Program-made: the position numbers and the translations under genes
Virus record (IMG/VR): IMGVR_UViG_3300012943_000028
Location: 304,642-358,444 of that record
Source: a virus
Taxonomy: Duplodnaviria > Heunggongvirae > Uroviricota > Caudoviricetes
Strand: one strand, 5' to 3'
DNA: 53,803 bases
Notes under the pieces: model-generated
Told to the model about the DNA's origin: nothing
The model's input: only the letters and a program-made list of their open reading frames with translations
Databases searched by the model: none
Shown: positions 6,111-16,055 of the stretch, piece by piece
Layout of the letters: each line of letters begins with the position of its first letter
Position numbering within the stretch: position 1 is the stretch's first letter

Positions 6111-6272
6111 GCGTATTATCATGCTCTCGTTCAAAACGCACGACGGTACGCTGGCACTTATCTTGCCAGTTTTTCATCGTAATGTTTCTGAACATGGTAC
6201 GCATTGAAGTTCTCAGTGTGTTGAATTTCGACTAGAGTAGCATCATAACAAGATGCTATCTAACTGTAAACT

Positions 6273-6280
6273 TATTTATA
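6273..6280 (-). promoter_or_regulatory. T4-type late promoter TATAAATA upstream of the left tRNA array
   Basis: exact T4 gp55 consensus; TAAATA recurs before many genes in the window. Confidence 0.75.
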
Positions 6281-6315
6281 CGGGGGCTCCGAAATTTCGG
6301 ATGGCCGACTGCAGG

Positions 6316-6633
6316 TTAGACTGTTCTGGCCTTCGGAGGCTCATACCTCTGCATGGCAAAGCCAGTGATGCCGTTCTTGACGTGAACTACTCGACCCTTC
6401 CGGTGGTGCATCTTCGAGATGCTGCCCAAGTTGATGACGAAGGTAAGCTCGACTTCTTCATTCTTCTTGAGACCCATTCCCTTGGTCTCGACACCAACGC
6501 CATCAGCTGAAAGGTTGATGGCCTTGCACATGCGCTTGTTGCCCTGAGCGCTACGAATCTGGACCATCGTTCTTGCACGGTGCCGTGTGTGAAAACGGCG
6601 CTCGATGTTGTCAGCTGTAGGTGTCGACATCAT
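6316..6633 (-). CDS. stand-alone PilZ domain protein (c-di-GMP receptor fold)
   Basis: RxxxR (RRFHTR) and N-x-S-x-x-G (NLSADG) motifs. Confidence 0.88.
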   Translation of the reverse strand: MMSTPTADNIERRFHTRHRARTMVQIRSAQGNKRMCKAINLSADGVGVETKGMGLKKNEEVELTFVINLGSISKMHHRKGRVVHVKNGITGFAMQRYEPPKARTV

Positions 6634-6687
6634 GGTCTCCGATACAGATTCTGGCCTGATTGTATCACAGAGCGCTGGTAGTTAAAA

Positions 6688-7713
6688 CTAGCAGGATAGC
6701 TTGTTCGGGTTAAGCGCCCTACCAGCTCGCCAGTGCTTGGTTGTTTGAACGTGCCCAGCCCTCACGAACTTTGCGATGCTCGTCTTGAACTGCGCATAGG
6801 TGAAGCTGTCAGCTTTCCTCAGCACGTAGCCCTCCGTTCTCGAGAAGTCCATGTCCTTCTCAAGGGCACGAATCTTCTTTTCATCAAAGATGCCACTATA
6901 GAGGAATGGAACAGGCTCGATACCTAGGAGGTCGAAGTACTCAAGCGTCTCGTTCATCGACAAGCAACGGCCTCTTTCATCCCACACTGAGAAGCCAAGG
7001 AAGAACGACTTCAGCTGTCCATAGTAGATGGAGTGTTCAGCCCACATGTTCTCGCCGCAGATTCTCCATCCATCTGGAATCTCATGGGCGATGCGCGCGT
7101 GGAACTGCTTCACCCACGCCCGATCTTCTCCACCTCTTGAGTCGATACTCCTTGCATGGATGTGATCACGATAGAGGGTGGTATTTTCCCCATCCATCTT
7201 TTCTGTGACGACGACTGCCTCGCCTTCAAAACTTGAAAGGTCGGTGAGGACTCTGTCGTCGTCATGGACTCCTGGCGACCAAGGCAGATGGTTCGTTCGA
7301 GGATACTTGACATAAGGTGTGAATAGGGACAGAACACCTCCATGTCCAAGGACCTTTTGGACTGACTCGTCATAGAAGAGCTCTCCTCGGCCACGTCGAC
7401 CGTCTTCAAGTACTGGGTTGCCCCACTTGTCGTAGATGTGGTCGTCATAGAGATGTGGTGGTACCCAGATTTTGGTGATGCCGCAGGCGTGGCGAACGTC
7501 TTCAACCGAGATGGTCGTGCGCTCGCAGGCTAGGTGGTGCTCTTCACAGACTGAGGCACCGTTCTCGAGGTAGTAGCCGCCGTCCGGCCAAAGCCGACGC
7601 TCAAGGATGTGGTGAGCGTCTACGGCTGGCTTCTCGCAGAAGACGCATTTGTGCCCGTCACGGGCAAAAACGCCTTCACGAAATTGATCTCGAGTTAGAA
7701 GCTTTGGGTCCAT
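6688..7713 (-). CDS. HNH domain fused to an ATP-dependent RNA ligase (nucleotidyltransferase) domain
   Basis: N-terminal CVFC..DAHH..NGASVC..HH; ligase motif I EKMDGEN, GEN, EGYV. Confidence 0.85.
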   Translation of the reverse strand: MDPKLLTRDQFREGVFARDGHKCVFCEKPAVDAHHILERRLWPDGGYYLENGASVCEEHHLACERTTISVEDVRHACGITKIWVPPHLYDDHIYDKWGNPVLEDGRRGRGELFYDESVQKVLGHGGVLSLFTPYVKYPRTNHLPWSPGVHDDDRVLTDLSSFEGEAVVVTEKMDGENTTLYRDHIHARSIDSRGGEDRAWVKQFHARIAHEIPDGWRICGENMWAEHSIYYGQLKSFFLGFSVWDERGRCLSMNETLEYFDLLGIEPVPFLYSGIFDEKKIRALEKDMDFSRTEGYVLRKADSFTYAQFKTSIAKFVRAGHVQTTKHWRAGRALNPNKLSC

Positions 7714-7749
7714 ACCATGATTGTATCATGGTATGCGCAGGTCATAAAC

Positions 7750-9690
7750 TCAGTGGATGCCGTACTTGAACATCTTGGAACCTGCAAGCTGCTTCATCAG
7801 CTCGTCATCCGAGGCAAATGCGTCGCTGATCTTTCCAGGGTTTTCGACTGACACGTCAACTGGCTTTACGCCGAAGCTGACGATCTGTCCAGCCTTGCTG
7901 TACCATGTCGTTGCCTTGGCCGTGCCCTTTGATGTGTCGAACTCGCACTGAACTACAAAGTTGTGCTTCTGCCCTGGGTAAAGGTCCCATTCCTTGCGCT
8001 TTCCTGGAAACTTGTCCCAAGTATCGACAGTCTTCTTGTACTCTGCGGTGACAAACTTGTCCTTGCGCCTCGTATCAATGTCGCCACGTGCTAGGTACTT
8101 CTTCTCCCAACCGTTCGCTGGCTTGACAGCCTTCAGCGCGTTGAGCACCTTCGTCGCTGCTGTTTCAGCCTCTTCAAGTGACTCAACATCTAGCTGGTTG
8201 GCCTTGAAAAGTTTTGCGACTGCATCTTCTTTCGAAGTAAACCAAGGCCATGAGCGGCCATCGTACGATGCTCCCCACTTGATGACGTCATTCTTACCTA
8301 GAAAGTTGTAGACACGACCAATATGTTCACGCTGGCGACCAATGTTGACATACACATCGTAGTCCTCATGCTTGCCGTTCCTGATGCTGGCAGGTGCCAT
8401 CTCGCCAGGGTGCATCAGCTTACCGCCGTGATAGCTGTTTGGAACAAAGATTGGCTCTCTCTTCACCTTCTTTACAGCTGATTCGGCTAGCCAACCAGCG
8501 ACTACCCACCATTCCTTGCCATCCTTGTCCTTGAACTTGTCGGCGAGCAGTGGTTCCCACTTCTCTGCCTTGTCAAGGAGCGCATCGTAAATCTTGTAAT
8601 AGTCGTTCTCGCCTGTCTTGTGCGGCTTCAGTGTGATCTTTCCAAGCTGGTGTTCCTGACCGTAGGAATCGTTGTTGTGGCGATCGCTTGCGCGAGCAGC
8701 GTCATTGATGGCCTTCTGAACGTCCTTGAGCGTTGGGTACTTGTCGACTGGGTACTTGCCACCCCAATCATGTGAACCTTCGTTGAGGGCTTCCTTGATG
8801 GATTCGGTTTTACCGAGGGTGTAGTAGCGATCAGCAGCGCCATTGGCAGCTGCATTGTTGGCAGCGTTGTTGATGTTGTCGATGAGGGACTTGATGTTCT
8901 TAGGCTGTAGGTTGATCTTCTTGCGACCCTTCTCATGCTGCCAAGACTTACCAACTTCCAACGTGTATGAGAATGACTTGATCAGCTCTTCGAGCGTGCC
9001 AGTGTGACTTGATTCTCTACCATCACGGTGACGAGTAGAGATGATCGTGTAGACCTTTGCGTCTTCACTGACGTGATCGGCTGGTGGGTTGAGGAACTCA
9101 ACGGCCTGGTGAGAGGTGATCTTGGTCTTTTTCTTGAGGTTCTTGACGAGCGATGATGGGTCGTCGCCCTGAGCAAACTGAACCATGTCGGCGTCGGTCT
9201 GGCCCTTGAGGCATGCACGAAGAATCCATGCGCCGGTCTTTGGGTTGATGACGTACTGGTACGTTACGTCAAGACCACCAAGAGGAGCATCCTTCGTGAG
9301 GAGCGTGACTGGACGGGTCTTGCCGAAGGCATACATCTCCTTCTTGGACTTCTTGAACCCCTGGCGCTCAGCGACAGAGCCAACGTCCTGAGGACCATCG
9401 TCCTCTACGGTCTCTTCATCTTCATCACTGGTCTCTTCAGCATCGTCCTGCTCTTCAGCAACCATTTCCTTGATTAGTTTGAAGGTCGGGATGGTTGACT
9501 CACTTGTTGACTTGATGAATGCAGCGATCTCCTTGCATTTTGCAAGTGGCCAGCTGAAATTGTCAGCCAAAAGATCGACGAGTGGAAACCCACCTAGGTC
9601 CTTTCCTAGCGCCTTCTGCGCAACCGCATATTTTGCTTTTGCTGCCTTAACATCTGGATCAGAGTTAGATAGTGCAGTTTGTGTTGTCAT
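7750..9690 (-). CDS. large hypothetical protein, possibly a virion-internal protein
   Basis: 646 aa; acidic linker; internal LxE-type junctions. Confidence 0.8.
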   Translation of the reverse strand: MTTQTALSNSDPDVKAAKAKYAVAQKALGKDLGGFPLVDLLADNFSWPLAKCKEIAAFIKSTSESTIPTFKLIKEMVAEEQDDAEETSDEDEETVEDDGPQDVGSVAERQGFKKSKKEMYAFGKTRPVTLLTKDAPLGGLDVTYQYVINPKTGAWILRACLKGQTDADMVQFAQGDDPSSLVKNLKKKTKITSHQAVEFLNPPADHVSEDAKVYTIISTRHRDGRESSHTGTLEELIKSFSYTLEVGKSWQHEKGRKKINLQPKNIKSLIDNINNAANNAAANGAADRYYTLGKTESIKEALNEGSHDWGGKYPVDKYPTLKDVQKAINDAARASDRHNNDSYGQEHQLGKITLKPHKTGENDYYKIYDALLDKAEKWEPLLADKFKDKDGKEWWVVAGWLAESAVKKVKREPIFVPNSYHGGKLMHPGEMAPASIRNGKHEDYDVYVNIGRQREHIGRVYNFLGKNDVIKWGASYDGRSWPWFTSKEDAVAKLFKANQLDVESLEEAETAATKVLNALKAVKPANGWEKKYLARGDIDTRRKDKFVTAEYKKTVDTWDKFPGKRKEWDLYPGQKHNFVVQCEFDTSKGTAKATTWYSKAGQIVSFGVKPVDVSVENPGKISDAFASDDELMKQLAGSKMFKYGIH

Positions 9691-9938
9691 TAGAAGTTCA
9701 CCACGTCTAGTAGTAGACCAATGGTGTCACCACCATTGGCAAGATGATCGTACAAAGCCAGGCAGATGAGAAGTCGAGACATCTGAGAATCGAAGTCACC
9801 ATCCGGTGCCCTTTCACGAACGCTGATCAACGTCATGAGGGTTGAAACCTCACGCTTGAAAAACTGCACATCACGCCTGTAGTAGGCGGCCTGAATGTCA
9901 GGTGTCCAGCTCTTGTTGTAGGCGTCTGAATGGAGCAT
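9690..9938 (-). CDS. hypothetical protein
   Basis: ATG follows TAAATA; start trimmed. Confidence 0.55.
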   Translation of the reverse strand: MLHSDAYNKSWTPDIQAAYYRRDVQFFKREVSTLMTLISVRERAPDGDFDSQMSRLLICLALYDHLANGGDTIGLLLDVVNF

Positions 9939-9945
9939 GCGGTAT

Positions 9946-11652
9946 TTATTTCTTCTTGAAGTACTTAGCCATGGTAACAGGGTTGAACTTGTTTTCTGAC
10001 AGCAGGTGCCTCCGGAATGTCTCCACCGTCTCACCGTTGCTGAGCTCTATCCTTCTGGCATCACCTGGAGTCCCGACCTTGAAGTTCCATGCACCGCCGA
10101 TCTCATCAACGGCATATTCCAGGACCGCCTTGAAGTCTCCGATCTCCTGATTCATGGTCAAAACGGTAGCGTTGACCTGTTTTCCGCCGAGGTCAGTCGG
10201 TATCGTTTCATTGCTGTACCCAAGTTCGATGGCGATCGAGACTGGGCTACGAGCTGGCAGAGCGGCGACCTCGTCCTTCTTCAAAGGCGCCTTCCACTCG
10301 TAGCGCTCTTTCTTTTGAGGTGAGGTTTCTGGTTTGAAGAGGTGACTTATCGGCACCTCTACCAGCTCACCATCTATCTCTTCATGCTTGAAGCTTACCG
10401 TAGGATCAAGCTCAAACTGGATGTTCGACGTGTTGATCTCAATTGTGTCCATGCGCTGGAAGCCGGGCGCTAGACCAAGGATTGTGGTGCCACCCGTCCT
10501 GGACTTCAGAATTGAGTACAGCTCGGCAAAGAGCCCCTGCACCTGATAGAGTGGGCGCCGGTAGTAGTTGTATGGGTAGACGTAGATGTCAGAAAGGTCC
10601 ACAACCATAGATGGCTCATGATCAATCGACTTGAAGAACTCTTCTGCCTGAAAGCTGAAGAGGTCCACCCTGTTGAATTCTACGGTTATTCCCTCGACAT
10701 GGCAAATGAGCGCGTGCTGGTCTCTAGTCCAATCGTCGGCAATTCGCGCGCTTGGAAAGCGCTTCTTGAACTCAGCAATGATCTCACCATACGTTGCCGG
10801 TGCTGTGACACCGAAGATCATTCGCTGTAGCTCAAGCGCTAGCGGGTTGTTGTCATAGATGATGACGCGCTTTGCATGATAGTGCTCAGCAAGGGATAGC
10901 GCCTTAAGCCCTTGAGCTGGCGCTACAACTATGTCCGCAACGTTGCTTCCATGCTCAGTAGCATCATCGTCATAGGCGTAGATGGTTGATAGTGGAACGG
11001 TGAGGAAGCGCTTCTCAAACTCTGTCTCTGAGTGAATCTCATCTAGAGCCGATGCGGTTGATAGAAAGTGAAAGCTGTCATGTGGCGTGACATATCCCAG
11101 CGACGTCACCTTGCCATAGACCTCAAGCTGCTTGATGACCATAGCAGCGCCGTTCTGTCCACACACTCCAGGCACAAAAACCGGTTCACCGTCAGCTATG
11201 GTGATCTCATATGGGTGGTGGTCCTTTGGTGACTTCACCGTTGTCGTGAACTGAGGGCCCTGCTTCAGCTTGAAGTTGTCGTAGAGCGGACGGCCATTGG
11301 CGCGCCACAGTGGTAGGTTGAAGAACAGGCAGCGCTTGTCGACGATGACGTAGTCTTCTGCAAGCTTGAAAAAGCCATAGAAGATGGCGTCAGGTTTTTC
11401 TGTGAGCTTGTCGAGGGCCTCAAAGAAGCTGGTGGAGAACGGGATGAAGCCGCCAGACAGAACAAGAAGGTAGCTTGTTGTGCAGCGGTCGATTGCATCA
11501 TCAACGCTCTTCGCAATGATGATCTTCTCATTGAACTTTTGGGCGTTGAGCTTCTGGCTGAAGTACTCACAGAAGCGGATCGTTAGGTCGGTTCGCCAAC
11601 CATCGTCTGATGCGATGATGGCAAGCGTGATGTTCTCTGGTAGTCGATCCAT
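9946..11652 (-). CDS. hypothetical protein
   Basis: 568-aa ORF, late motif upstream. Confidence 0.85.
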   Translation of the reverse strand: MDRLPENITLAIIASDDGWRTDLTIRFCEYFSQKLNAQKFNEKIIIAKSVDDAIDRCTTSYLLVLSGGFIPFSTSFFEALDKLTEKPDAIFYGFFKLAEDYVIVDKRCLFFNLPLWRANGRPLYDNFKLKQGPQFTTTVKSPKDHHPYEITIADGEPVFVPGVCGQNGAAMVIKQLEVYGKVTSLGYVTPHDSFHFLSTASALDEIHSETEFEKRFLTVPLSTIYAYDDDATEHGSNVADIVVAPAQGLKALSLAEHYHAKRVIIYDNNPLALELQRMIFGVTAPATYGEIIAEFKKRFPSARIADDWTRDQHALICHVEGITVEFNRVDLFSFQAEEFFKSIDHEPSMVVDLSDIYVYPYNYYRRPLYQVQGLFAELYSILKSRTGGTTILGLAPGFQRMDTIEINTSNIQFELDPTVSFKHEEIDGELVEVPISHLFKPETSPQKKERYEWKAPLKKDEVAALPARSPVSIAIELGYSNETIPTDLGGKQVNATVLTMNQEIGDFKAVLEYAVDEIGGAWNFKVGTPGDARRIELSNGETVETFRRHLLSENKFNPVTMAKYFKKK

Positions 11653-11683
11653 TATGGCACCTTGTTAGGATGCCATATTTATC

Positions 11684-11995
11684 TCACGGGATGGTAGCTC
11701 TGATGCTTTCCCACTTGCGCGTCTTGAGGATCAGCTGCGACTCGAGGAAGTCAGCAAGCTGCTCATCTGTGTGGTCAGGGTACGCACGAACGAGAACGCC
11801 GATGACGGTGTTGATCACGTCGGCAACCTCGCCAACCAACGGCTCCTTCATGACCTTGTGCTGCAGGAAACCTTCGTGGTGGTTGACGGCCTCGCACAGC
11901 TCGCCGTACTCCTCGCCGAGCTTGATCTGCATGTTCGCCAGCGGGAACGTCGACGCACGAGCGGTGCGGATGATGTAGAGGATGGTGTCTCTCAT
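11684..11995 (-). CDS. MazG-like NTP pyrophosphohydrolase
   Basis: KLGEEYGEL...EVADV motif. Confidence 0.8.
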   Translation of the reverse strand: MRDTILYIIRTARASTFPLANMQIKLGEEYGELCEAVNHHEGFLQHKVMKEPLVGEVADVINTVIGVLVRAYPDHTDEQLADFLESQLILKTRKWESIRATIP

Positions 11996-12417
11996 ATGCG
12001 CGGGTTGTTCCTGATGAAGTAATCTTCGATGATACGCCAGTCCTCGATGTAGTCGAAGCCGGCTTTGTCGTCGACGAGGATGTTGAAGTAGAACTTCGTG
12101 TCAAAGTTGCCAGAGGCGGTGTTCGCAACCTCGGGGTTGTGGTTGAAGTAGGAGACCTTGATCCCCTCCTTCGCAAAGAAGTCGACGATGTCCTGCTCTT
12201 CGTCAGCGTGCACTGAAGACCAGAGGATGATGACAGTCTCAGGCCGGGCTGCAATCTCACGAAGAGCGTTGATCACGTGTTGCCCAAGCCAGGCGTAGTT
12301 GCCCTTGCCGTAGGTGCTGCGCAGGCAGGTGTCGTGAAGGTCGATGGCCCAGTAGATGCGGTCCCAGTTCTTCTTGCGGGCCGTGTTGTAGGCCTTCTCG
12401 ATGGCGTTGATGATCAT
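11992..12417 (-). CDS. HAD-superfamily hydrolase
   Basis: IYWAIDLHDT motif I, C-terminal VDDKA; RBS AGGAG. Confidence 0.75.
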   Translation of the reverse strand: MIINAIEKAYNTARKKNWDRIYWAIDLHDTCLRSTYGKGNYAWLGQHVINALREIAARPETVIILWSSVHADEEQDIVDFFAKEGIKVSYFNHNPEVANTASGNFDTKFYFNILVDDKAGFDYIEDWRIIEDYFIRNNPRI

Positions 12418-12800
12418 CGTTTTTCTCCTAGTGCAGCGTTCAGCTCGTCGAGAGTGATGTTGATGTCCCAGTCGTGCGTTCTGAACAGCGACGGGTACTG
12501 GTGTTCTTGGTCGACATACGAGATGATCTCTTTGTCGCCGATGAAGATGCGGATCAGGTCTGCACGAATGTGGCGCCAGAACGTGAAGCGCACCGAACCG
12601 ACGGTGAAGAGCTTGTCGAAGGCAAAGTCCTTGATGTCTGGGTACAGATACTTCGTCGTGGCGGTGTTCCAGTTCTTCTTGATCAGCGACTGGCACAGCG
12701 TGATGATGGCAAGGTTTGCCTCGTAGGCAGCCTTCTTCGCTACCTTTGCCGCAGCAGCTTCACGTCGTTCTTTGATGTGGCGCTTGATCCAACCGATCAT
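12414..12800 (-). CDS. hypothetical protein
   Basis: overlap-coupled ORF. Confidence 0.75.
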   Translation of the reverse strand: MIGWIKRHIKERREAAAAKVAKKAAYEANLAIITLCQSLIKKNWNTATTKYLYPDIKDFAFDKLFTVGSVRFTFWRHIRADLIRIFIGDKEIISYVDQEHQYPSLFRTHDWDINITLDELNAALGEKR

Positions 12801-13636
12801 TTGTTCAGCTCCTCAAGAGCAAGTACCAGATCGGTGATGTTGGCGGCATAGAAGCCAGCCGAGTTGATCGTGTTGATCTCAACGATCTTGAAACCGTCGG
12901 CTGTCTGACAGATGTCCAGCACGAAAGCATCAGCGGGGCGCCATCCGCTGTTTGACGCCTCGAGCGTGATGCCTCTGACCCCGCTTGTAAGATCGGTCTT
13001 CAGTACCGTCGTGGCGAACCAATCTGCCTCACGCGGAATATCCCAGTCCTTGTTGCTGTAGATGACCTTTCCGCCGCGCTTGTAGAGTGAGCGCGTGATG
13101 ATCTTTTGGTCAACGATCCAGTAGCGCCACTCTGCGATGATGTTCGTTGGGCGGCAGATCTGCACCTTCGTGTCAGGTGTCAAGCCATTGCCGTAGTCGG
13201 CCCCATCAACGATGCTGTTAGCCCACGTGTTCCACTCACCCGCCTCAAACACGCGGCCAGCAAAATACTTGCTGTCGTCGATTGGACGAATGAATGCCGG
13301 GAGGTCCCAAGGAATGTTGGCATCGCGCAGCGGCATGACGGTGGCGCTGTAGTTGAGGAGCATGTCGCCCCAGTGAAGCTTCTGTACCTCGAAGTTCTGG
13401 TCGAAGAGGTCATAGACGCCAGGCGTCCAACCATTCTTCTTCGCAGCGTGGCGCAGCGAGTACGAGCCGAAGCAGATGACCTTCGTGCCCGATTCGTTGT
13501 GAACTTCAGGGATCAGCTCACCAACAAACGGCACGACCTTGTGCACGCTGTACGGAAGGTTGAAGCGCTCAAGGGCGCCAACGAGGTTCTCCCACTCACT
13601 CTCTTTGAACAGGTTTTCTTGAAGTATCCAGTGCAT
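12797..13636 (-). CDS. ATP-grasp domain protein
   Basis: FIRPIDDSKYFAG, EWRYWIV, FVLDI..KIVEINTINSAGFY. Confidence 0.8.
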   Translation of the reverse strand: MHWILQENLFKESEWENLVGALERFNLPYSVHKVVPFVGELIPEVHNESGTKVICFGSYSLRHAAKKNGWTPGVYDLFDQNFEVQKLHWGDMLLNYSATVMPLRDANIPWDLPAFIRPIDDSKYFAGRVFEAGEWNTWANSIVDGADYGNGLTPDTKVQICRPTNIIAEWRYWIVDQKIITRSLYKRGGKVIYSNKDWDIPREADWFATTVLKTDLTSGVRGITLEASNSGWRPADAFVLDICQTADGFKIVEINTINSAGFYAANITDLVLALEELNK

Positions 13637-13725
13637 GCCTACATTGTAACATGTCCAACCTGAAACGAAAACAGGACGGTGAGAGGTCCACCGTCCTGTC
13701 CCGTGCTCATTATGTAAAATGAGGC

Positions 13726-14688
13726 TTAGGCCACGATCTCCAGCCCGGTACCGCACTCACTGCAGAACTTGGCGATGGACTTGTTGAGGTGGTTGCAGGT
13801 AACGCAGCGCTGCTTGCTCTTGACAGTCACTGGCTTTGTCACCTTCACAGCACCAACCTCACCGAGGAGCTTGATCACCATGGCGTGCTTCACACCGTCG
13901 AGAGCGCCGATGTAGCCATCGGTGAACTGCTGGTTTGAAACAGAGCCAGGTGCCGTGACACCCGCATCGTTGAGTGAGGCGTTCATCAGGAATACGCTTG
14001 CGTCGGCCTTTACCTCGGCGCTGTAGTTCACCTTTGCGCCACGCGAGCGTGAACGATCGGCGCTCTTCGTGATGTTGTCTTCCCACTTTGGCGACTCACC
14101 GCTTGCACCCAGCGAACCGCTGTTTGTTGCTGTGAACGAGACATTGTTGGAAGCATGACCACTGCTTGAGCCGATCAGCTCATCGCTTGCGCCACGAGCA
14201 ACGCCACTACCGTAGTAGATGCCGGTGCCCATGTACGGGTACCAAGGACGCTTGTAGTACGGCCATGGATCGCCATACCACGGCGTTGGAACGCTGTAGT
14301 AGTCCTTCACTGGCACCTGCTCACGCTCGAACTCGTATTCGATGCGGATCAGACCGTCTTCGACTTGAATGCCACCTCGACCGGCCTCGACCTTGGCGTT
14401 GCGCTCAATGAACTTGAAGCGGTTGCCCTGGCTCATGTTGTGGCCCTTCAAGAAGCGCTCGATGTCGACAGAGCCATGAGCGGGGACGATGAAGCCCTTG
14501 CCGTCGGCAATGTCCTTACCATCGATCTCGATCTTGACGAGACAGCGGACTGAGTTGAGGTTCTTGATGAATAACGAGTATTCGCTTCCGAATGGAAGTC
14601 TTACGGTGTCCCCCGTTTCACGAAGGACCGTGCCATTTACTTTGACAGCTATGGCGAGCTTGTTCGAGTACATCACTATTTTCTCCAC
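13726..14688 (-). CDS. conserved hypothetical protein with C-terminal zinc ribbon
   Basis: CVTC...FCSECG. Confidence 0.8.
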   Translation of the reverse strand: MEKIVMYSNKLAIAVKVNGTVLRETGDTVRLPFGSEYSLFIKNLNSVRCLVKIEIDGKDIADGKGFIVPAHGSVDIERFLKGHNMSQGNRFKFIERNAKVEAGRGGIQVEDGLIRIEYEFEREQVPVKDYYSVPTPWYGDPWPYYKRPWYPYMGTGIYYGSGVARGASDELIGSSSGHASNNVSFTATNSGSLGASGESPKWEDNITKSADRSRSRGAKVNYSAEVKADASVFLMNASLNDAGVTAPGSVSNQQFTDGYIGALDGVKHAMVIKLLGEVGAVKVTKPVTVKSKQRCVTCNHLNKSIAKFCSECGTGLEIVA

Positions 14689-14750
14689 CAGCTTTCTTAA
14701 CGGCCCACAGACTAAGGGCCCAATATTAAAGTCTGTTGTGCTGAGTGTTC

Positions 14751-14758
14751 TATTTATA
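14751..14758 (-). promoter_or_regulatory. late promoter TATAAATA
   Basis: exact consensus upstream of the 14688 start. Confidence 0.7.
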
Positions 14759-14898
14759 CCACGGTGAAGCGCGAATTTACACTACATGTTTCCAAATGCG
14801 TCTCAACCTGATAGCACTGATTGTTGATGGAGAAACATTATTCAAATGCTCATCAGAATATGCTTGTAGCTCAGCATCCGTCATGATCATGGGCATGG

Positions 14899-15990
14899 TC
14901 ATTGCTCTGCTTTTTCTAGTGCCGCCAAAAGCTTAGCATCGATGGGGCAATTTTCTATTTGCTTTACTCCACACCCCCAACGCCCGCCTTTGATCAAACC
15001 AAGTTCTTCTCCGTTGGCCTGAAACCACTCGTTCAATACTGGGACAACTGACTTCGCGTCAAAGCTTTTCTTGGGTAGCAGCGCATGGTCGAGGTGTTTT
15101 GATGTAGTGCCATATGAGAACACCGGCCAACGTCTAATTGGTCCGCTGATGAAAAAGATTTTCGGCCCCTCTTTGGTATCATGAACTCGCGGCCACTTTT
15201 TCCGCTGCGATTCATCTACCTGCACAAATTTTCCTTCCTTGGCGTATGGAACACCATTCTTTGGGTTCTCGATGGCAGTGCGCAACGGGGCAGAACCTAC
15301 GGTCGCCTTGAACCATTCGCCAAGTGTGCCACTTGGCTCATAATCAATGAGCCAAGTAAAACCCCCTGATTCAAACAGGGTCTTCGGCCCACGGTTCGTC
15401 TTGATCTTCTTCTGCTTAGCACCCTTCTGCCAACGAAAAATCAACGTATCAACCGCAGCATTTTCCCATTCGAGTGTTTCATTCAAGAATATCGCATCAG
15501 TGAATGCGCCAGTTTCGACCATTCGCTTGCGCAGCTCTTTACCTCTGCTTGTGTCAGAGAACATCGTTGATGGGACGATGAAGATCAATTCGCCGTTCGG
15601 TTCCAGGTGATCGACGCACTTGTCGATAAAGTGCAGATACGCATTCGCGGTTCGCGGCAGACATCCCCTCCACCCAGCAAACCACTCCTCAGTGAGGAGA
15701 CGACCGGCTACATATGGCGGATTGCCAATGATGGTATCGGCGCGGACATCAAACGTTGAAACTTCAAAAAAGTTTGATACGACGTACTTGTGCTTAAGCT
15801 CTACTGGGATTACTGATTCATCTATTTCGATGGCAACACAGTCATCAAGAGCCTCAACAAAACGACCGCTACCTGCTGATGGCTCGAGCGTCAGCCCATT
15901 GTTGCGCTTCATGGAGATCATCTTCTCGACGATCTGCTTAGGAGTCCAGTGTTGGCCTAGGTCGCCAACGCCCTGATTGGTATTCTTCAT
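14899..15990 (-). CDS. amino (N6-adenine type) DNA methyltransferase
   Basis: GQHWTP, LEPSAGSGRF (motif I), IIGNPPY (motif IV). Confidence 0.9.
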   Translation of the reverse strand: MKNTNQGVGDLGQHWTPKQIVEKMISMKRNNGLTLEPSAGSGRFVEALDDCVAIEIDESVIPVELKHKYVVSNFFEVSTFDVRADTIIGNPPYVAGRLLTEEWFAGWRGCLPRTANAYLHFIDKCVDHLEPNGELIFIVPSTMFSDTSRGKELRKRMVETGAFTDAIFLNETLEWENAAVDTLIFRWQKGAKQKKIKTNRGPKTLFESGGFTWLIDYEPSGTLGEWFKATVGSAPLRTAIENPKNGVPYAKEGKFVQVDESQRKKWPRVHDTKEGPKIFFISGPIRRWPVFSYGTTSKHLDHALLPKKSFDAKSVVPVLNEWFQANGEELGLIKGGRWGCGVKQIENCPIDAKLLAALEKAEQ

Positions 15991-16055
15991 ATCGTCCCCG
16001 CTTATCGGTTGTGTAGACTATTTAGTGTTATACAACCTGCGGTACACAGCTCGGT

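Noticed and set aside
13634-13644. ATG-TAG minigene upstream of the ATP-grasp gene as a third amber case
   Set aside because: It is out of frame with the gene and overlaps a TACAAT -10-like box.
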